Both the position numbers and the translations under genes were made by a program. The notes under the pieces were generated by a model that saw nothing but the letters and a program-made list of their open reading frames with translations, was not told where the DNA came from and did not search any database. A DNA stretch of 63,760 bases, counting the filler. It is 10 parts of 10 records of this genome, joined end to end, with 100 filler letters (N's around TTAATTAATTAA, not from the genome) between each part and the next. Parts side by side here need not be neighbours in the genome. Positions count along the whole stretch, not along the records: positions 38,537 to 43,761 come from SRR31156797_177940; positions 43,862 to 51,169 come from SRR31156797_181179; 8 more parts are not named here. One strand, 5' to 3'. Positions within the stretch are counted from its first letter, which is position 1. Each line of letters opens with the position of its first letter. Of this stretch, positions 39,857 through 50,620 are shown piece after piece.

Positions 39857-40336
39857 TTATACCTCGCCGGCGTCCTTACGGCCGAAACGAATGCCGACAT
39901 CACGGGCAATGCGTTCAAAATGGAAGATAAGCATTCCGGTCAGGCCGAGAAAAAGTCCCAGGTAAAATACGCTGATGCTCATTTCCAGGGCTGTTGTTTT
40001 TGTTGTGTAACTTTCAAACATGAGGCGGATCGTCCCGTACCAGACGGCCGAAAGGAAAGCGGCGCAAACAAAGTCAACAAATAGGACCAGTGACTTTTCC
40101 GCCTTGCCGCGAAGCCTTGTAAGAAGGGCTACGATAGTGATATGGGCGCCCCGGCGCCAGGCCGAAGCCGAACCCAGGAACACGCTCCAGACGCAAAATA
40201 GCCTGGACAGTTCTTCTGCCCATGTTGTGGGCATATGAATGACGTTTCGACTTATCACTTCTATGCCAATGCAAAAAAACATTGCTAAAAAGCAGATTAA
40301 TGATCCTATGTCGTAAAATTTATGAAGCCATTTCAT
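39857..40336 (-). CDS. dctQ: TRAP transporter small permease
   Basis: WAEELSR...VFLG...HI; four TM segments. Confidence 0.9.
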   Translation of the reverse strand: MKWLHKFYDIGSLICFLAMFFCIGIEVISRNVIHMPTTWAEELSRLFCVWSVFLGSASAWRRGAHITIVALLTRLRGKAEKSLVLFVDFVCAAFLSAVWYGTIRLMFESYTTKTTALEMSISVFYLGLFLGLTGMLIFHFERIARDVGIRFGRKDAGEV

Positions 40337-40506
40337 TTTGTATCTCCCGCGACAGGCGCCGGCCAGGCTGCCGGCCCCGGAGGAATCAACCATCCGGCCG
40401 GAGCGGCAGCGTAACTGTGGAGTTGGATTAAATTTTAGTTTTCAACGGTTCCGGACTATTCCCAAATTGAAGTTGTTCGGAGCCGCATAAAAACTGAAAA
40501 CAGGGA

Positions 40507-41493
40507 TTAGAACTTATTGTTAAGACGTTCGACTTCGGCGGCCGCTTCAGGATTAAGATCGCCCAATGCTTTTTTAAGGGCGGGCGCGGCCTTGGCCTTG
40601 ATGGCCTGGACGTCCGGGTCTATAAAGGTCATGCCGTTCTTTTTGATTTCCCTGATATAGAATTCATCCTTTTCAGCTTCCACCTTGGCGCCGTAAGCCC
40701 GGGCTTCATCCACGGCCGCGCGGATTATTCCCTGATCCTCGGGGCTTAGCTTGTTGAACCACTTTTTGCTGGCAATCCAGTGCCAGGGCCAGAAAATGTG
40801 ATCAGTGTTGATGATGTATTTCTGGACTTCCCAAAGCTTGCGGCTATAAGGGGAGACCAGGCTGTTTTCGTGCGCCTCGACCTGCCCGGTTTTCATGGCC
40901 AGGTAGATTTCAGGAGCCGGAATGACCGTGGGCAGTGCGCCAAGCTCTTTCCAAACAGACACCCATATCGGAACAGCCGGAAGACGAAGCTTAAGGGCCT
41001 TGATATCGTCGGGTCCCTTGATTTCCTTATTGGAGGTCATTTTCCGGGGAGATCTATACTGCGGTCCGAAATCTACGATGCCGCCTTTTTGGGCTGCCAG
41101 TTCCTTGATCTTGTCGCCCATGGGGCCTTCAAGATAGGCCTGGACGACCTGCCAGTTCTTGAGGGCGAAAGGAATTGTTACCGGATCGTATTCCTTGGCA
41201 TACATGCTTCTGAAGTTGCCGCCGGTCAGGGCCATTTGGGTCTCGCCGATGTTGAGAAGCTCCAATACAGCGTTTTCTTTGCCTAATTGGCCGCTCATAA
41301 ACATTTTGACCTTCATGCGGCCTTTTGATTTGGTTTCGATAATTTCCTTGAATTTTTTAATTGCCGCTTCTTCCGAACCGCCCGGCTTCATGGTGCAATT
41401 TACGTCGATGTCCAAGGCCAAAGCGCTGACCGCGCTGAATGCCAAAATCAATAAACTGATCGTCAAGGTCGACAGCCATTTGCGTGTTTTCAT
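40507..41493 (-). CDS. dctP: TRAP transporter solute-binding protein
   Basis: Signal peptide; GQLG.E, LKLR (conserved Arg) and EIYLAMKTGQVEAHEN. Confidence 0.92.
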   Translation of the reverse strand: MKTRKWLSTLTISLLILAFSAVSALALDIDVNCTMKPGGSEEAAIKKFKEIIETKSKGRMKVKMFMSGQLGKENAVLELLNIGETQMALTGGNFRSMYAKEYDPVTIPFALKNWQVVQAYLEGPMGDKIKELAAQKGGIVDFGPQYRSPRKMTSNKEIKGPDDIKALKLRLPAVPIWVSVWKELGALPTVIPAPEIYLAMKTGQVEAHENSLVSPYSRKLWEVQKYIINTDHIFWPWHWIASKKWFNKLSPEDQGIIRAAVDEARAYGAKVEAEKDEFYIREIKKNGMTFIDPDVQAIKAKAAPALKKALGDLNPEAAAEVERLNNKF

Positions 41494-41545
41494 TATCCCT
41501 CTCCTTTTACAGGGGTGACTCTGTGATCCCGGCTTAAACCGGGGG

Positions 41546-42397
41546 CTATTGGTTATCCAACTCCCGGGCCAGCTTTTCGGCTTCTCCGGATATCATTTTG
41601 TAGGTGTGCTCATCAGCGGGGAATACGCCTTGTTTGACTTCCTGGACATAGGTTTTTATGGCGTCAGTGATAATTTGCGCGGTTTGACAGTATTTCTTTA
41701 CGAACTTTGGCGTGAAGGCCTGAAACTGGCCTATGGCGTCGCTGACTATCAGCAACTGGCCGTCGCAAAGAGGACCGGCGCCTATGGAATAGACAGGGAT
41801 GTCCAGGGTCTTCCATATTATTTCAGTCACTTCAGGCGGCACGGCTTCCACCAGCAGCAATTTGGCCCCTGCTTCCTGGACGGCTACAGCGTCTTCAATT
41901 ACCAGTTTTGCCGCGTCCGCGGTTCTGCCCTGGGCTTTGTGCCCGCCTAACTGGCCGCTGGACTGGGGTGTCAGGCCGATGTGGCCGACCACGTTGATTC
42001 CCGCGTCAGTGATGGCTTTGATGCGGCTGTGGACCCGAACGCCGCCTTCAAGCTTGATGGCGTCCACGTCGGCTTCTTTAAGGAAGCGTCCGGCGTTGAG
42101 CACGGCATGTTCATCGCCGGCCTGGTAGCTCAGGAAAGGCATGTCGCCGACGACAAAGGTGTTGGGCGCGCCCCGGCGGACCGCTTCCGAGTGGACGATG
42201 CACTGGTCCATGGTTACCGGAACCGTGCCGTTATACCCATAGACGCACATGCCCAGGCTGTCGCCGACCAGGATCATGTCCAGGCCGGCTGCTTCGCCGA
42301 ATTGGGCCGTAGGAAAGTCGTACGCCGTGAGCCAGGCGACTTTTTCCCCTTTTTGCTTCATTTGGTATAGATCGAATATTGATTTACGTTTGGACAT
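41546..42397 (-). CDS. panB: 3-methyl-2-oxobutanoate hydroxymethyltransferase family protein
   Basis: TAYD, ILVGDSLG, DMPF, KLEGG, GHIGLTPQ and IGAG..CDGQ. Confidence 0.92.
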   Translation of the reverse strand: MSKRKSIFDLYQMKQKGEKVAWLTAYDFPTAQFGEAAGLDMILVGDSLGMCVYGYNGTVPVTMDQCIVHSEAVRRGAPNTFVVGDMPFLSYQAGDEHAVLNAGRFLKEADVDAIKLEGGVRVHSRIKAITDAGINVVGHIGLTPQSSGQLGGHKAQGRTADAAKLVIEDAVAVQEAGAKLLLVEAVPPEVTEIIWKTLDIPVYSIGAGPLCDGQLLIVSDAIGQFQAFTPKFVKKYCQTAQIITDAIKTYVQEVKQGVFPADEHTYKMISGEAEKLARELDNQ

Positions 42398-42431
42398 TGT
42401 TGTTTCTCCTTAGCCCCTGGTAAACAGGGCT

Positions 42432-42926
42432 TTAACTGTTTTTTTCGGCCAGGTGCGGGATCATTCCGCCGTCTTCCAATATCTTCAGCATGTTCGGGGG
42501 AATAGGCTCGCACTGGTAATTTTCGCCGGTGGTGTGGTTGGTTATTATTCCCTTGGCCATATCCACGCTTAATTCGTGGCCTGCTTCGATTTTCTCGACC
42601 GCTTCAGCGCTTTCCAGGGCGGCCAGACCGATATTGAAAGCATTGCGGAAAAAGATCCGGGCGAAACTGGCGGCGATTACACAGTCAATTCCCTTGGCCT
42701 TGATGGCGACCGGTGCGTGTTCGCGGCTTGATCCGCAGCCGAAATTGACGTCGGCCACGATATAGTCGCCCGGTTTGGCTTGGGTGCAAAATTCAGGGGC
42801 AGCGAATTCAAAGCAATGAGAGGCCAGGGCCTCGGGATCGGTCTGGTTGAGGAATGCGGCCGGTAAAATAGCGTCCGTGTCGATGTGGGCGCCAAACTTC
42901 CAGGCTTTTCCTTTTTTCTTGGACAT
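42432..42926 (-). CDS. leuD: 3-isopropylmalate dehydratase family small subunit (type 2 LeuD/HacB/DmdB)
   Basis: IDTD, NFGCGSSREHAP and SFARIFFRN. Confidence 0.88.
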   Translation of the reverse strand: MSKKKGKAWKFGAHIDTDAILPAAFLNQTDPEALASHCFEFAAPEFCTQAKPGDYIVADVNFGCGSSREHAPVAIKAKGIDCVIAASFARIFFRNAFNIGLAALESAEAVEKIEAGHELSVDMAKGIITNHTTGENYQCEPIPPNMLKILEDGGMIPHLAEKNS

Positions 42927-42939
42927 AATGGGCTCCTTT

Positions 42940-43761
42940 CTATTTAATTCCCAGTTCTGCTGGGCCGCCGATTTTTCCCAAAACGGCCGAAGCGGCCGCC
43001 ACGGCGGGGTTGGCCAGGTAGACTTCGCTTGCAGTGTGTCCCATGCGACCGATAAAATTGCGGTTGGTGGTGGCTACGGCACGCTCTCCTTCAGCCAGGA
43101 CGCCCATATGACCGCCCAGGCAGGGGCCGCAGGTCGGGGTGCTTATGGCGGCGCCGGCGTCGTGGAATATGGCGAACAGGCCCTCGTCCATGGCCTGGCG
43201 CCAGACTTGCGGCGAACCTGGGATTATGATGAGCCTGACATTGGGATCCCGCCTGCGTCCTTCCAACACATGCGCGGCCTCCCGGAGGTCGCTGATGCGG
43301 CCGTTGGTGCACGACCCTATGACCACCTGGTCGATGGAAGTTTCATCAACTTTGCTCAAATACCGGGTGTTGCTCGGCAGGTGAGGGAAGGCTACTTGCG
43401 GCTCCAAATCCGAAACGTCAAACTCGATAACCTGTTCATATTCGGCGTCCGCATCAGATGTGAATATCTCGTAGGAACGTTCGGCCCTGGCCTTGACGTA
43501 TTCCTCTGTTTTGGCGTCCACATGGAAGATGCCGTTTTTCGCCCCTGCTTCCACGGCCATGTTGGCCATGGTGAAGCGGCCGTCCATATCCAGTTCATTG
43601 ACGGTTTCGCCATGAAATTCCATGGCCATGTACCTGGCGCCGTCAACGCCAATGCGACCGATGGTGTAAAGAATAAGGTCTTTGCCGCCCACCCAGCGGG
43701 GCAGCTTGCCGTGGTACACGATCTTTATCGTGGGAGGAACCTTCAGCCAGATATTGCCTTC
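42940..43761 (-). CDS. leuC: 3-isopropylmalate dehydratase family large subunit (type 2 LeuC/HacA/DmdA), 5'-truncated
   Basis: [28 protein letters not shown] and NRNFIGRMG. Confidence 0.9.
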   Translation of the reverse strand, partial: EGNIWLKVPPTIKIVYHGKLPRWVGGKDLILYTIGRIGVDGARYMAMEFHGETVNELDMDGRFTMANMAVEAGAKNGIFHVDAKTEEYVKARAERSYEIFTSDADAEYEQVIEFDVSDLEPQVAFPHLPSNTRYLSKVDETSIDQVVIGSCTNGRISDLREAAHVLEGRRRDPNVRLIIIPGSPQVWRQAMDEGLFAIFHDAGAAISTPTCGPCLGGHMGVLAEGERAVATTNRNFIGRMGHTASEVYLANPAVAAASAVLGKIGGPAELGIK

Positions 43762-43861
43762 NNNNNNNNNNNNNNNNNNNNNNNNNNNNNNNNNNNNNNN
43801 NNNNNTTAATTAATTAANNNNNNNNNNNNNNNNNNNNNNNNNNNNNNNNNNNNNNNNNNNN
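43762..43861. other. Artificial contig spacer
   Basis: N44-TTAATTAATTAA-N44. Confidence 0.99.
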
Positions 43862-44621
<760 letters not shown>

Positions 44622-44669
44622 GCGCCGCCGCGCCAATCGAATACGTTCGTAAAAAGGAATTTTAAGACA

Positions 44670-45425
44670 ATGCTTGAAATCAAAAACCTGCGCGCCGCCG
44701 TCGAAGGTAAGGAAATCCTCAAGGGTGTCGACCTCACCGTCAACGCCGGCGAGGTGCACGCCATCATGGGGCCGAACGGATCGGGCAAAAGCACCCTTTC
44801 CTATGTACTGGCCGGCCGCGACGGCTATGACGTCACCGAAGGCAGCGTTACCTTCAAGGGCAAGGACCTGCTCGATCTGGAAGCCGACGAACGGGCCTGT
44901 GAAGGGCTGTTCCTGGCATTTCAGTATCCGGTCGAAATCCCCGGCGTCGATAACGCCACCTTCCTGAAGACCGCCTACAACGCCATTCGCAAGTATCGCA
45001 ACGAACCGCCCATGGACGCCATGGACTTCCTGAAGCTGCTGCGTGAAAAGCGCGACCAACTTGGAATGGGCGACGAAATGATGCGGCGCGCCGTCAATGT
45101 CGGCTTCTCGGGCGGCGAAAAGAAACGCAACGAGATCCTGCAGATGGCCGTGCTCGACCCGACCCTGGCGGTTCTCGACGAAACCGATTCGGGCCTCGAT
45201 ATCGACGCGCTGAGGACGGTTGCCGACGGTATCAATGCCCTGCGCAGCCCGGACCGCGCCATCATCCTGATCACCCATTACCAGCGCCTGCTCGACTATG
45301 TGCAGCCCGACTTCGTGCATGTGCTGTCGGCCGGACGGGTCGCCCGCTCCGGCGGCAAGGAATTGGCCCTGGAACTTGAACGGGACGGTTACGCCCCGAC
45401 GACCACCGCGGCAGCTGCCGCTTAA
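44670..45425 (+). CDS. sufC: Fe-S cluster assembly ATPase
   Basis: GPNGSGKST, FSGGEKKRNE and DETDSGLD. Confidence 0.97.
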   Translation: MLEIKNLRAAVEGKEILKGVDLTVNAGEVHAIMGPNGSGKSTLSYVLAGRDGYDVTEGSVTFKGKDLLDLEADERACEGLFLAFQYPVEIPGVDNATFLKTAYNAIRKYRNEPPMDAMDFLKLLREKRDQLGMGDEMMRRAVNVGFSGGEKKRNEILQMAVLDPTLAVLDETDSGLDIDALRTVADGINALRSPDRAIILITHYQRLLDYVQPDFVHVLSAGRVARSGGKELALELERDGYAPTTTAAAAA

Positions 45426-45437
45426 GGGGAAGAACAG

Positions 45438-46772
45438 ATGCCCGTTTCGAAAAATCTCGAATTTCCCTATGCCGCCGCGTTCGCGGAAGCCAAAGCCGGC
45501 CTTCCGGGCAACGGCAGCAAATGGCTTGCCGAGTTGCGCGATACGGCAGCCGGTCAGTTGGCCGCCGACGGCCTGCCGAGCCGCCGCGTCGAAGCCTGGA
45601 AATACACCAATCTGGCGGCGCTGGCGCAGGCCAAGCTGCGACCGGCCGGCCAGAACGACGGCGGGCTGACCATACCGGCCGACGCCATCCCGGCCATCGA
45701 CGGCAGCCACCGCCTGGTTTTCGTCAACGGCCTCTACCGCGCCGATCTGTCGGAAAGCGCCGCGGCGCCCGATGGCATGGATCTGTCGCCGTTTGCCGCC
45801 GCGATTAACGCCGGTGCCGACTGGATCGAGGGCGAAATCGGACGCCTGGCAAAACCGAACGGACACGCCACCGTTAATGCCAACACCGCCTTCATGACCG
45901 ACGGCTGCGTGCTGCGCATCGAAAAGGGCGCCAAGGTCGAACGCCCGATCCATCTGGTCTTCATCGGAACCGGATCGTCGGATACCGACACCGCGCTGGC
46001 CCAGCATCCACGCAATCTGATCATTGCCGGGGCCGATAGCAGTGCCGTCGTCGTCGAAAGCCATGTCGGGTTGGGCGAAACGGCCACCTACTGGTCCAAT
46101 CCTGTCTGCGAAATCACCGTCGAAACCGGTGCCATTCTCAGGCATTTCAAGGTCCAGGACGATTCCCGCGGGGCCACCCATCTGGCCTTTTCGCGGGCCG
46201 TCGTCGCCGCCGGCGGCAACTTCGACAGCTTCGTGCTGACCGTAGGCGCTGCCCTTTCCCGCAACGAAATCCAGGTTGAACTGGCCGGTGAATACGCCCG
46301 CTGCCGCCTCAACGGAGCCTATCTGCTGCGCGATGGACAGCATGCCGACACCACCACCTTCATCGACCACGCCAAGGCCAATTGCGACAGCGACGAAGTC
46401 TATAAGGGCGTGCTCGACGGCAAGGCGCGCGGTGTGTTCCAGGGCAAGATCCTGGTCGCCAAGGACAGCCAGAAGACCAACGGCAACCAGCTGAGCCGCG
46501 CCATCCTTCTGTCCGACGACGCCGAGATCAATACAAAGCCGGAGCTGGAAATCTACGCCGACGATGTCAAATGCTCGCACGGCGCGACGGCCGGCGAACT
46601 CGACGACGATTCCATGTTCTACCTGCGCGCCCGCGGCATCCCCGAGGATATTGCGCGGCGCTTGTTGATCCGGGCTTTCATCGGCGAGTTGGTCGACGAA
46701 ATCGAAGTCGAAGCAGTACGCGAACATCTAAACGGGCTGGTCGAAAACTGGCTCGGCAAAATCGACGGGTAA
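45438..46772 (+). CDS. sufD: Fe-S cluster assembly protein SufD
   Basis: EAWKYT and KPELEIYADDVKCSHGAT. Confidence 0.95.
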   Translation: MPVSKNLEFPYAAAFAEAKAGLPGNGSKWLAELRDTAAGQLAADGLPSRRVEAWKYTNLAALAQAKLRPAGQNDGGLTIPADAIPAIDGSHRLVFVNGLYRADLSESAAAPDGMDLSPFAAAINAGADWIEGEIGRLAKPNGHATVNANTAFMTDGCVLRIEKGAKVERPIHLVFIGTGSSDTDTALAQHPRNLIIAGADSSAVVVESHVGLGETATYWSNPVCEITVETGAILRHFKVQDDSRGATHLAFSRAVVAAGGNFDSFVLTVGAALSRNEIQVELAGEYARCRLNGAYLLRDGQHADTTTFIDHAKANCDSDEVYKGVLDGKARGVFQGKILVAKDSQKTNGNQLSRAILLSDDAEINTKPELEIYADDVKCSHGATAGELDDDSMFYLRARGIPEDIARRLLIRAFIGELVDEIEVEAVREHLNGLVENWLGKIDG

Positions 46773-46784
46773 GGAGACGATAAA

Positions 46785-48050
46785 ATGACAGCCGTGGCAG
46801 CCGCCTTGGAAACGCCGCAAACTTCCGGCTCCGGTGCGGAATACGACATCGAATCGGTGCGACGGGATTTTCCGATCCTGGCGACGCCGGTGCACGGCCG
46901 GGCCTTCCTCGACAGCGCCGCCAGCGCCCAGAAGCCGGTGCAGGTCATCGATGCGGTCAAACGGTGTTACGAGGCCGAATACGCCAACATCCACAGGGGT
47001 GTCTACGAACTCAGCGCCCTGGCTACCAAGAACTTCGAACTGGCCCGTGAAAAGGTGCGCGGTTTCGTCAACGCCGCCGAAACGGCCGAAGTCATTTTCG
47101 TTCGCGGCGGCACCGAAGGCGTCAACCTGGTGGCGTCTTCCTACGGAACGGAATTCCTCGGCGCCGGTGACGAGATCGTCCTGACCTATCTCGAGCACCA
47201 CTCCAACATCGTGCCCTGGCAATTGCTGGCCGAACGTGTCGGCGCCGTCATTCGCGTCGTTCCGATCAACCAGGCCGGCGAGTTGATCCTCGAGGAATAC
47301 GAAAAGCTTCTGAACCCGCGCACCAAGATCGTCGCAATCACCCACGCGTCCAACGCCCTTGGCACCATACCGCCGGTCAAGCAGATGACCAAAATGGCCC
47401 ATGACGCCGGCGCCGTCGTTCTGATCGACGGCTGCCAGGGGGCGCCCCACATGACCGTCGACGTCCAGGATCTGGACTGCGACTTCTATGTTTTTTCCGG
47501 GCACAAGACCTATGGGCCGAGCGGCATCGGCGCCCTCTACGGCCGTCGAAGGCTGCTTGACGCCATGCCGCCCTGGCAGGGCGGCGGCGACATGATCGAA
47601 ACCGTCACCTTCGAAAAAACCACCTATGCGCCCTGCCCGGCCAAGTTCGAGGCCGGAACGCCGCATATTTCCGGCGCCGCCGGATTGGCCGCCGCCATCG
47701 ATTATGTTTCCCACCTCGGCGCAGACAACATTGCCGCCCACGAAGCCGCCCTGCTCGAGGAAGCGACCGAACGGGTCAGGGATCTCGGCGGCATCCGAAT
47801 CTTCGGCGAAGCCAGTCACAAGGCGGCGATTCTGTCGTTCCTGATCGACGGCGCCCATCCGCACGATGTCGGCACGGTATTCGATCACGAAGGCGTCGCC
47901 GTACGGGCCGGCCATCATTGCGCCCAACCGGTCATGGATTTTTACGGAATCCCGGGCACGGTCCGCGCCTCCTTCGCGCTTTACAATTCGCGCCACGACA
48001 TCGACGCCCTCGTCGACGCCATCGCCAAGGTCAAGGAGATATTCTGTTGA
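46785..48050 (+). CDS. sufS: Cysteine desulfurase
   Basis: DSAASAQKP, SGHK and RAGHHCA. Confidence 0.96.
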   Translation: MTAVAAALETPQTSGSGAEYDIESVRRDFPILATPVHGRAFLDSAASAQKPVQVIDAVKRCYEAEYANIHRGVYELSALATKNFELAREKVRGFVNAAETAEVIFVRGGTEGVNLVASSYGTEFLGAGDEIVLTYLEHHSNIVPWQLLAERVGAVIRVVPINQAGELILEEYEKLLNPRTKIVAITHASNALGTIPPVKQMTKMAHDAGAVVLIDGCQGAPHMTVDVQDLDCDFYVFSGHKTYGPSGIGALYGRRRLLDAMPPWQGGGDMIETVTFEKTTYAPCPAKFEAGTPHISGAAGLAAAIDYVSHLGADNIAAHEAALLEEATERVRDLGGIRIFGEASHKAAILSFLIDGAHPHDVGTVFDHEGVAVRAGHHCAQPVMDFYGIPGTVRASFALYNSRHDIDALVDAIAKVKEIFC

Positions 48051-48508
48051 GTTCCGAATTACGACAGCTCTACCAGGAAGTCATCCTGGATCATGGCAAG
48101 GCACCGCGCAATTTCGGCCGCCCGGACGGCGCCAATCATCTGGCCCACGGCCATAACCCGCTGTGCGGGGACAAGGTGACCATCTATCTGGAAGTCGACG
48201 GTGACAGGGTCCGCAATGTCGGTTTCGAGGGCAGCGGCTGCGCCATTTCCATGGCCTCGACGTCGCTGATGACGGAAACGCTCAAGGGCCGCACCGTCGC
48301 CGAAGCCCACGACCTGTTTCACAAGTTTCACGGTCTCCTGATGGGCACCGACGAAGGCGCCGGGATCGAGGTCGACCCCGATGCCTTCGAAAAGCTCAGT
48401 GTGCTTTCGGGGGTCAGCGAATTTCCGATGCGGGTGAAATGCGCGACGCTTTGCTGGCATACGATGGAAGCGGCCATCGACGGCGACGAAACCGTGACGG
48501 TGGAATAG
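48047..48508 (+). CDS. sufU: SufU (NifU/IscU-like) sulfur-transfer protein
   Basis: TTG start overlapping the sufS stop; LYQEVILDH, NPLCGD, GCAIS and RVKCATL. Confidence 0.9.
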   Translation: MSSELRQLYQEVILDHGKAPRNFGRPDGANHLAHGHNPLCGDKVTIYLEVDGDRVRNVGFEGSGCAISMASTSLMTETLKGRTVAEAHDLFHKFHGLLMGTDEGAGIEVDPDAFEKLSVLSGVSEFPMRVKCATLCWHTMEAAIDGDETVTVE

Positions 48509-48524
48509 GGGCAGGGACGAACCC

Positions 48525-48938
48525 ATGAGCGACTTTGTTTTCGATAAAGGCGAAGCTTCCGAAGCCGAAATCGCGTCCGCGAATCCGGATCCGACAATCG
48601 AAGCGGCAATCCCCGTCACCGGTGACCGGCCCGGCCTCGAAGGCCAGGTGGTGTCGGCCATCCGGACGGTTTACGACCCGGAAATCCCGGTCAATATCTA
48701 CGAACTCGGCCTGATCTACCGCATCGATATCGCCGAGGAAGGGAAACGGGTCGACGTCGACATGACCCTGACGGCGCCGGGATGCCCGGTCGCCGGAATT
48801 CTGCCACGGCAGGTCGAACATGCCATCCGCGGCATGATGACGGAGACCGAAGACGTCAACGTCGAAGTGGTTTGGGATCCGCCCTGGCACAAGGACATGA
48901 TGAGCGAGGCGGCACGCCTGGAACTGGGCATCTTTTGA
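48525..48938 (+). CDS. DUF59/SufT-like Fe-S assembly protein
   Basis: VYDPEIPVNIYELGLIY, TLTAPGCP and WDPPW. Confidence 0.92.
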   Translation: MSDFVFDKGEASEAEIASANPDPTIEAAIPVTGDRPGLEGQVVSAIRTVYDPEIPVNIYELGLIYRIDIAEEGKRVDVDMTLTAPGCPVAGILPRQVEHAIRGMMTETEDVNVEVVWDPPWHKDMMSEAARLELGIF

Positions 48939-48956
48939 TTGGAGAGAACGACTAAA

Positions 48957-49292
48957 ATGACCGTCAGACCGCAATTATTGACATTGACGGACGCCGCCGT
49001 CGAACGGGTTCGGGCGCTGACCGACGGCGACAATGAACGCGCCTTGCGCGTCGGCGTACGAACCGTCGGCTGTTCCGGCATGTCCTATCATATCGAATTC
49101 GCCGAACAACCGGACCCCGCCGACGAGATCATCGAAACCGCCGGTATCCGCGTCTATGTCGACGCGAAGGCGACCCTCTTTCTGATCGGAAGCGAAATGG
49201 ACTATGTCGAAGAGAAGCTTCGCTCCGGTTTTGTCTTCAATAACCCGAACGAAACGGCGCGCTGCGGTTGCGGCGAGTCCTTTCAGGTCTGA
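48957..49292 (+). CDS. sufA: A-type Fe-S carrier
   Basis: GCSGMSY and NPN...CGCGESF. Confidence 0.92.
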   Translation: MTVRPQLLTLTDAAVERVRALTDGDNERALRVGVRTVGCSGMSYHIEFAEQPDPADEIIETAGIRVYVDAKATLFLIGSEMDYVEEKLRSGFVFNNPNETARCGCGESFQV

Positions 49293-49312
49293 TCGACAAA
49301 GGTATGACAAGC

Positions 49313-49651
49313 ATGACCGATACTCCCGTTTTGGAACGCATCCGCAAGGAAATCGACGGTAACGACGTGGTTCTCTTCATGAAGGGAACGCCGACGGCAC
49401 CGCAATGCGGCTTTTCCGCCAACGTCGCGCAGGGATTGCAGTTCCTGGGCATCGATTTCACCGGCGTCAATGTTCTGGAAGACGACGATATTCGCGAAAA
49501 CATCAAGACCTTCAGCAATTGGCCGACGATTCCGCAACTTTACGTCAAAGGCGAATTCGTTGGCGGCTGCGATATCTTTCGCGAGATGTATGCTTCCGGC
49601 GAACTGCAGACGCTGCTGCGCGAAAAGGGCGTTTCGACCAATCGTGACTGA
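49313..49651 (+). CDS. grxD: Monothiol glutaredoxin Grx4
   Basis: FMKGT, CGFS, WPTIPQL and GGCD. Confidence 0.95.
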   Translation: MTDTPVLERIRKEIDGNDVVLFMKGTPTAPQCGFSANVAQGLQFLGIDFTGVNVLEDDDIRENIKTFSNWPTIPQLYVKGEFVGGCDIFREMYASGELQTLLREKGVSTNRD

Positions 49652-49724
49652 CCGGCGACGGTGCGCCGAATGCGGCCGTCCCTATTGACTCGGTTCGAAA
49701 ATAACCCGATTTATTTATTGGTTA

Positions 49725-49815
49725 CTGGCGGTGCAACCGGCCGCCGACTGGGTGCCTTTCGTTAGGGCCCGATTTCAACGGACTCGCTCAACACCGGAGG
49801 AGGACGACGACCATG
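49725..49815 (+). ncRNA. ROSE-like RNA thermometer in the hsp20 5' UTR
   Basis: CTCGCTC (49783-49789) pairs with the SD GAGGAG (49797-49802) with a bulged G, preceded by two GC hairpins. Confidence 0.6.
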
Positions 49816-50292
49816 CCCCGTCTATCCGTATTCGACAGCCCGCTGCTCCTCGGATTCGATCATTTCGAACGCGTCCTCGATCGTGTCTCGAAATCGTCCC
49901 AGGAGGGCTACCCGCCCTACAATATCGAACAGATTGGTGAAAACGGGCTGCGCATTACCTTGGCCGTCGCCGGTTTTTCCATGGACGACCTCAACGTTTC
50001 GGTCGAGGACAACCAGTTGATCGTCCGTGGCCGCAACAACGAAGACGAAAACGGGCGCATCTTCATTCACCGTGGAATCGCGGCACGACAGTTCCAGCGC
50101 AGCTTTGTGCTGGCCGAGGGCATCGAAGTCTGCGGCGCCGCGCTCGACAACGGGTTGCTTCATGTCGATCTGGTCCGCGAACTGCCGGAACCGAAGGCAC
50201 GCAACATCAAGATCGAGGCCGGCAACGGCTCCGATAACGCCCCGGCGCCGCAAACCATCGACGTCAAACCTGACGATGAAACCACGGCCTGA
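49813..50292 (+). CDS. Small heat-shock protein (Hsp20/IbpA family)
   Basis: YPPYNIE, LAVAGF, HRGIAARQF and NGLL. Confidence 0.95.
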   Translation: MPRLSVFDSPLLLGFDHFERVLDRVSKSSQEGYPPYNIEQIGENGLRITLAVAGFSMDDLNVSVEDNQLIVRGRNNEDENGRIFIHRGIAARQFQRSFVLAEGIEVCGAALDNGLLHVDLVRELPEPKARNIKIEAGNGSDNAPAPQTIDVKPDDETTA

Positions 50293-50380
50293 TAACCGAG
50301 GCCTTTGGCACTTGCATAACCGTTAAGGAACAATCCTTGGGCTCGCGGACCGATCGCGGGCGTTAGAAAGGAGACTGGCC

Positions 50381-50620
50381 ATGAACGAGAACAAAAAACC
50401 GACGCCGTCGGCCGCTGACGTCATTGGTCAGCTGTCGGAAAGCGAGATGATGGCCTTGGGCGCCGACGATATCGCCTTCGTCAAACCGATCGTGCTCAAC
50501 GGAACCTATGCTTACGCCGTCTATTCGGCCTCCGGCGAACAGTTGGTCACGGTGCCGAACCGCGCCATCGCATTTGCCACGGTGCGCGACAACGACCTGG
50601 AACCGGTCAGCGTCCATTAA
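50381..50620 (+). CDS. DUF1150-family protein
   Basis: ALG...IAFVKP...YAVYSASG...AFA...DLEPVSVH; typical hsp20 neighbour. Confidence 0.8.
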   Translation: MNENKKPTPSAADVIGQLSESEMMALGADDIAFVKPIVLNGTYAYAVYSASGEQLVTVPNRAIAFATVRDNDLEPVSVH

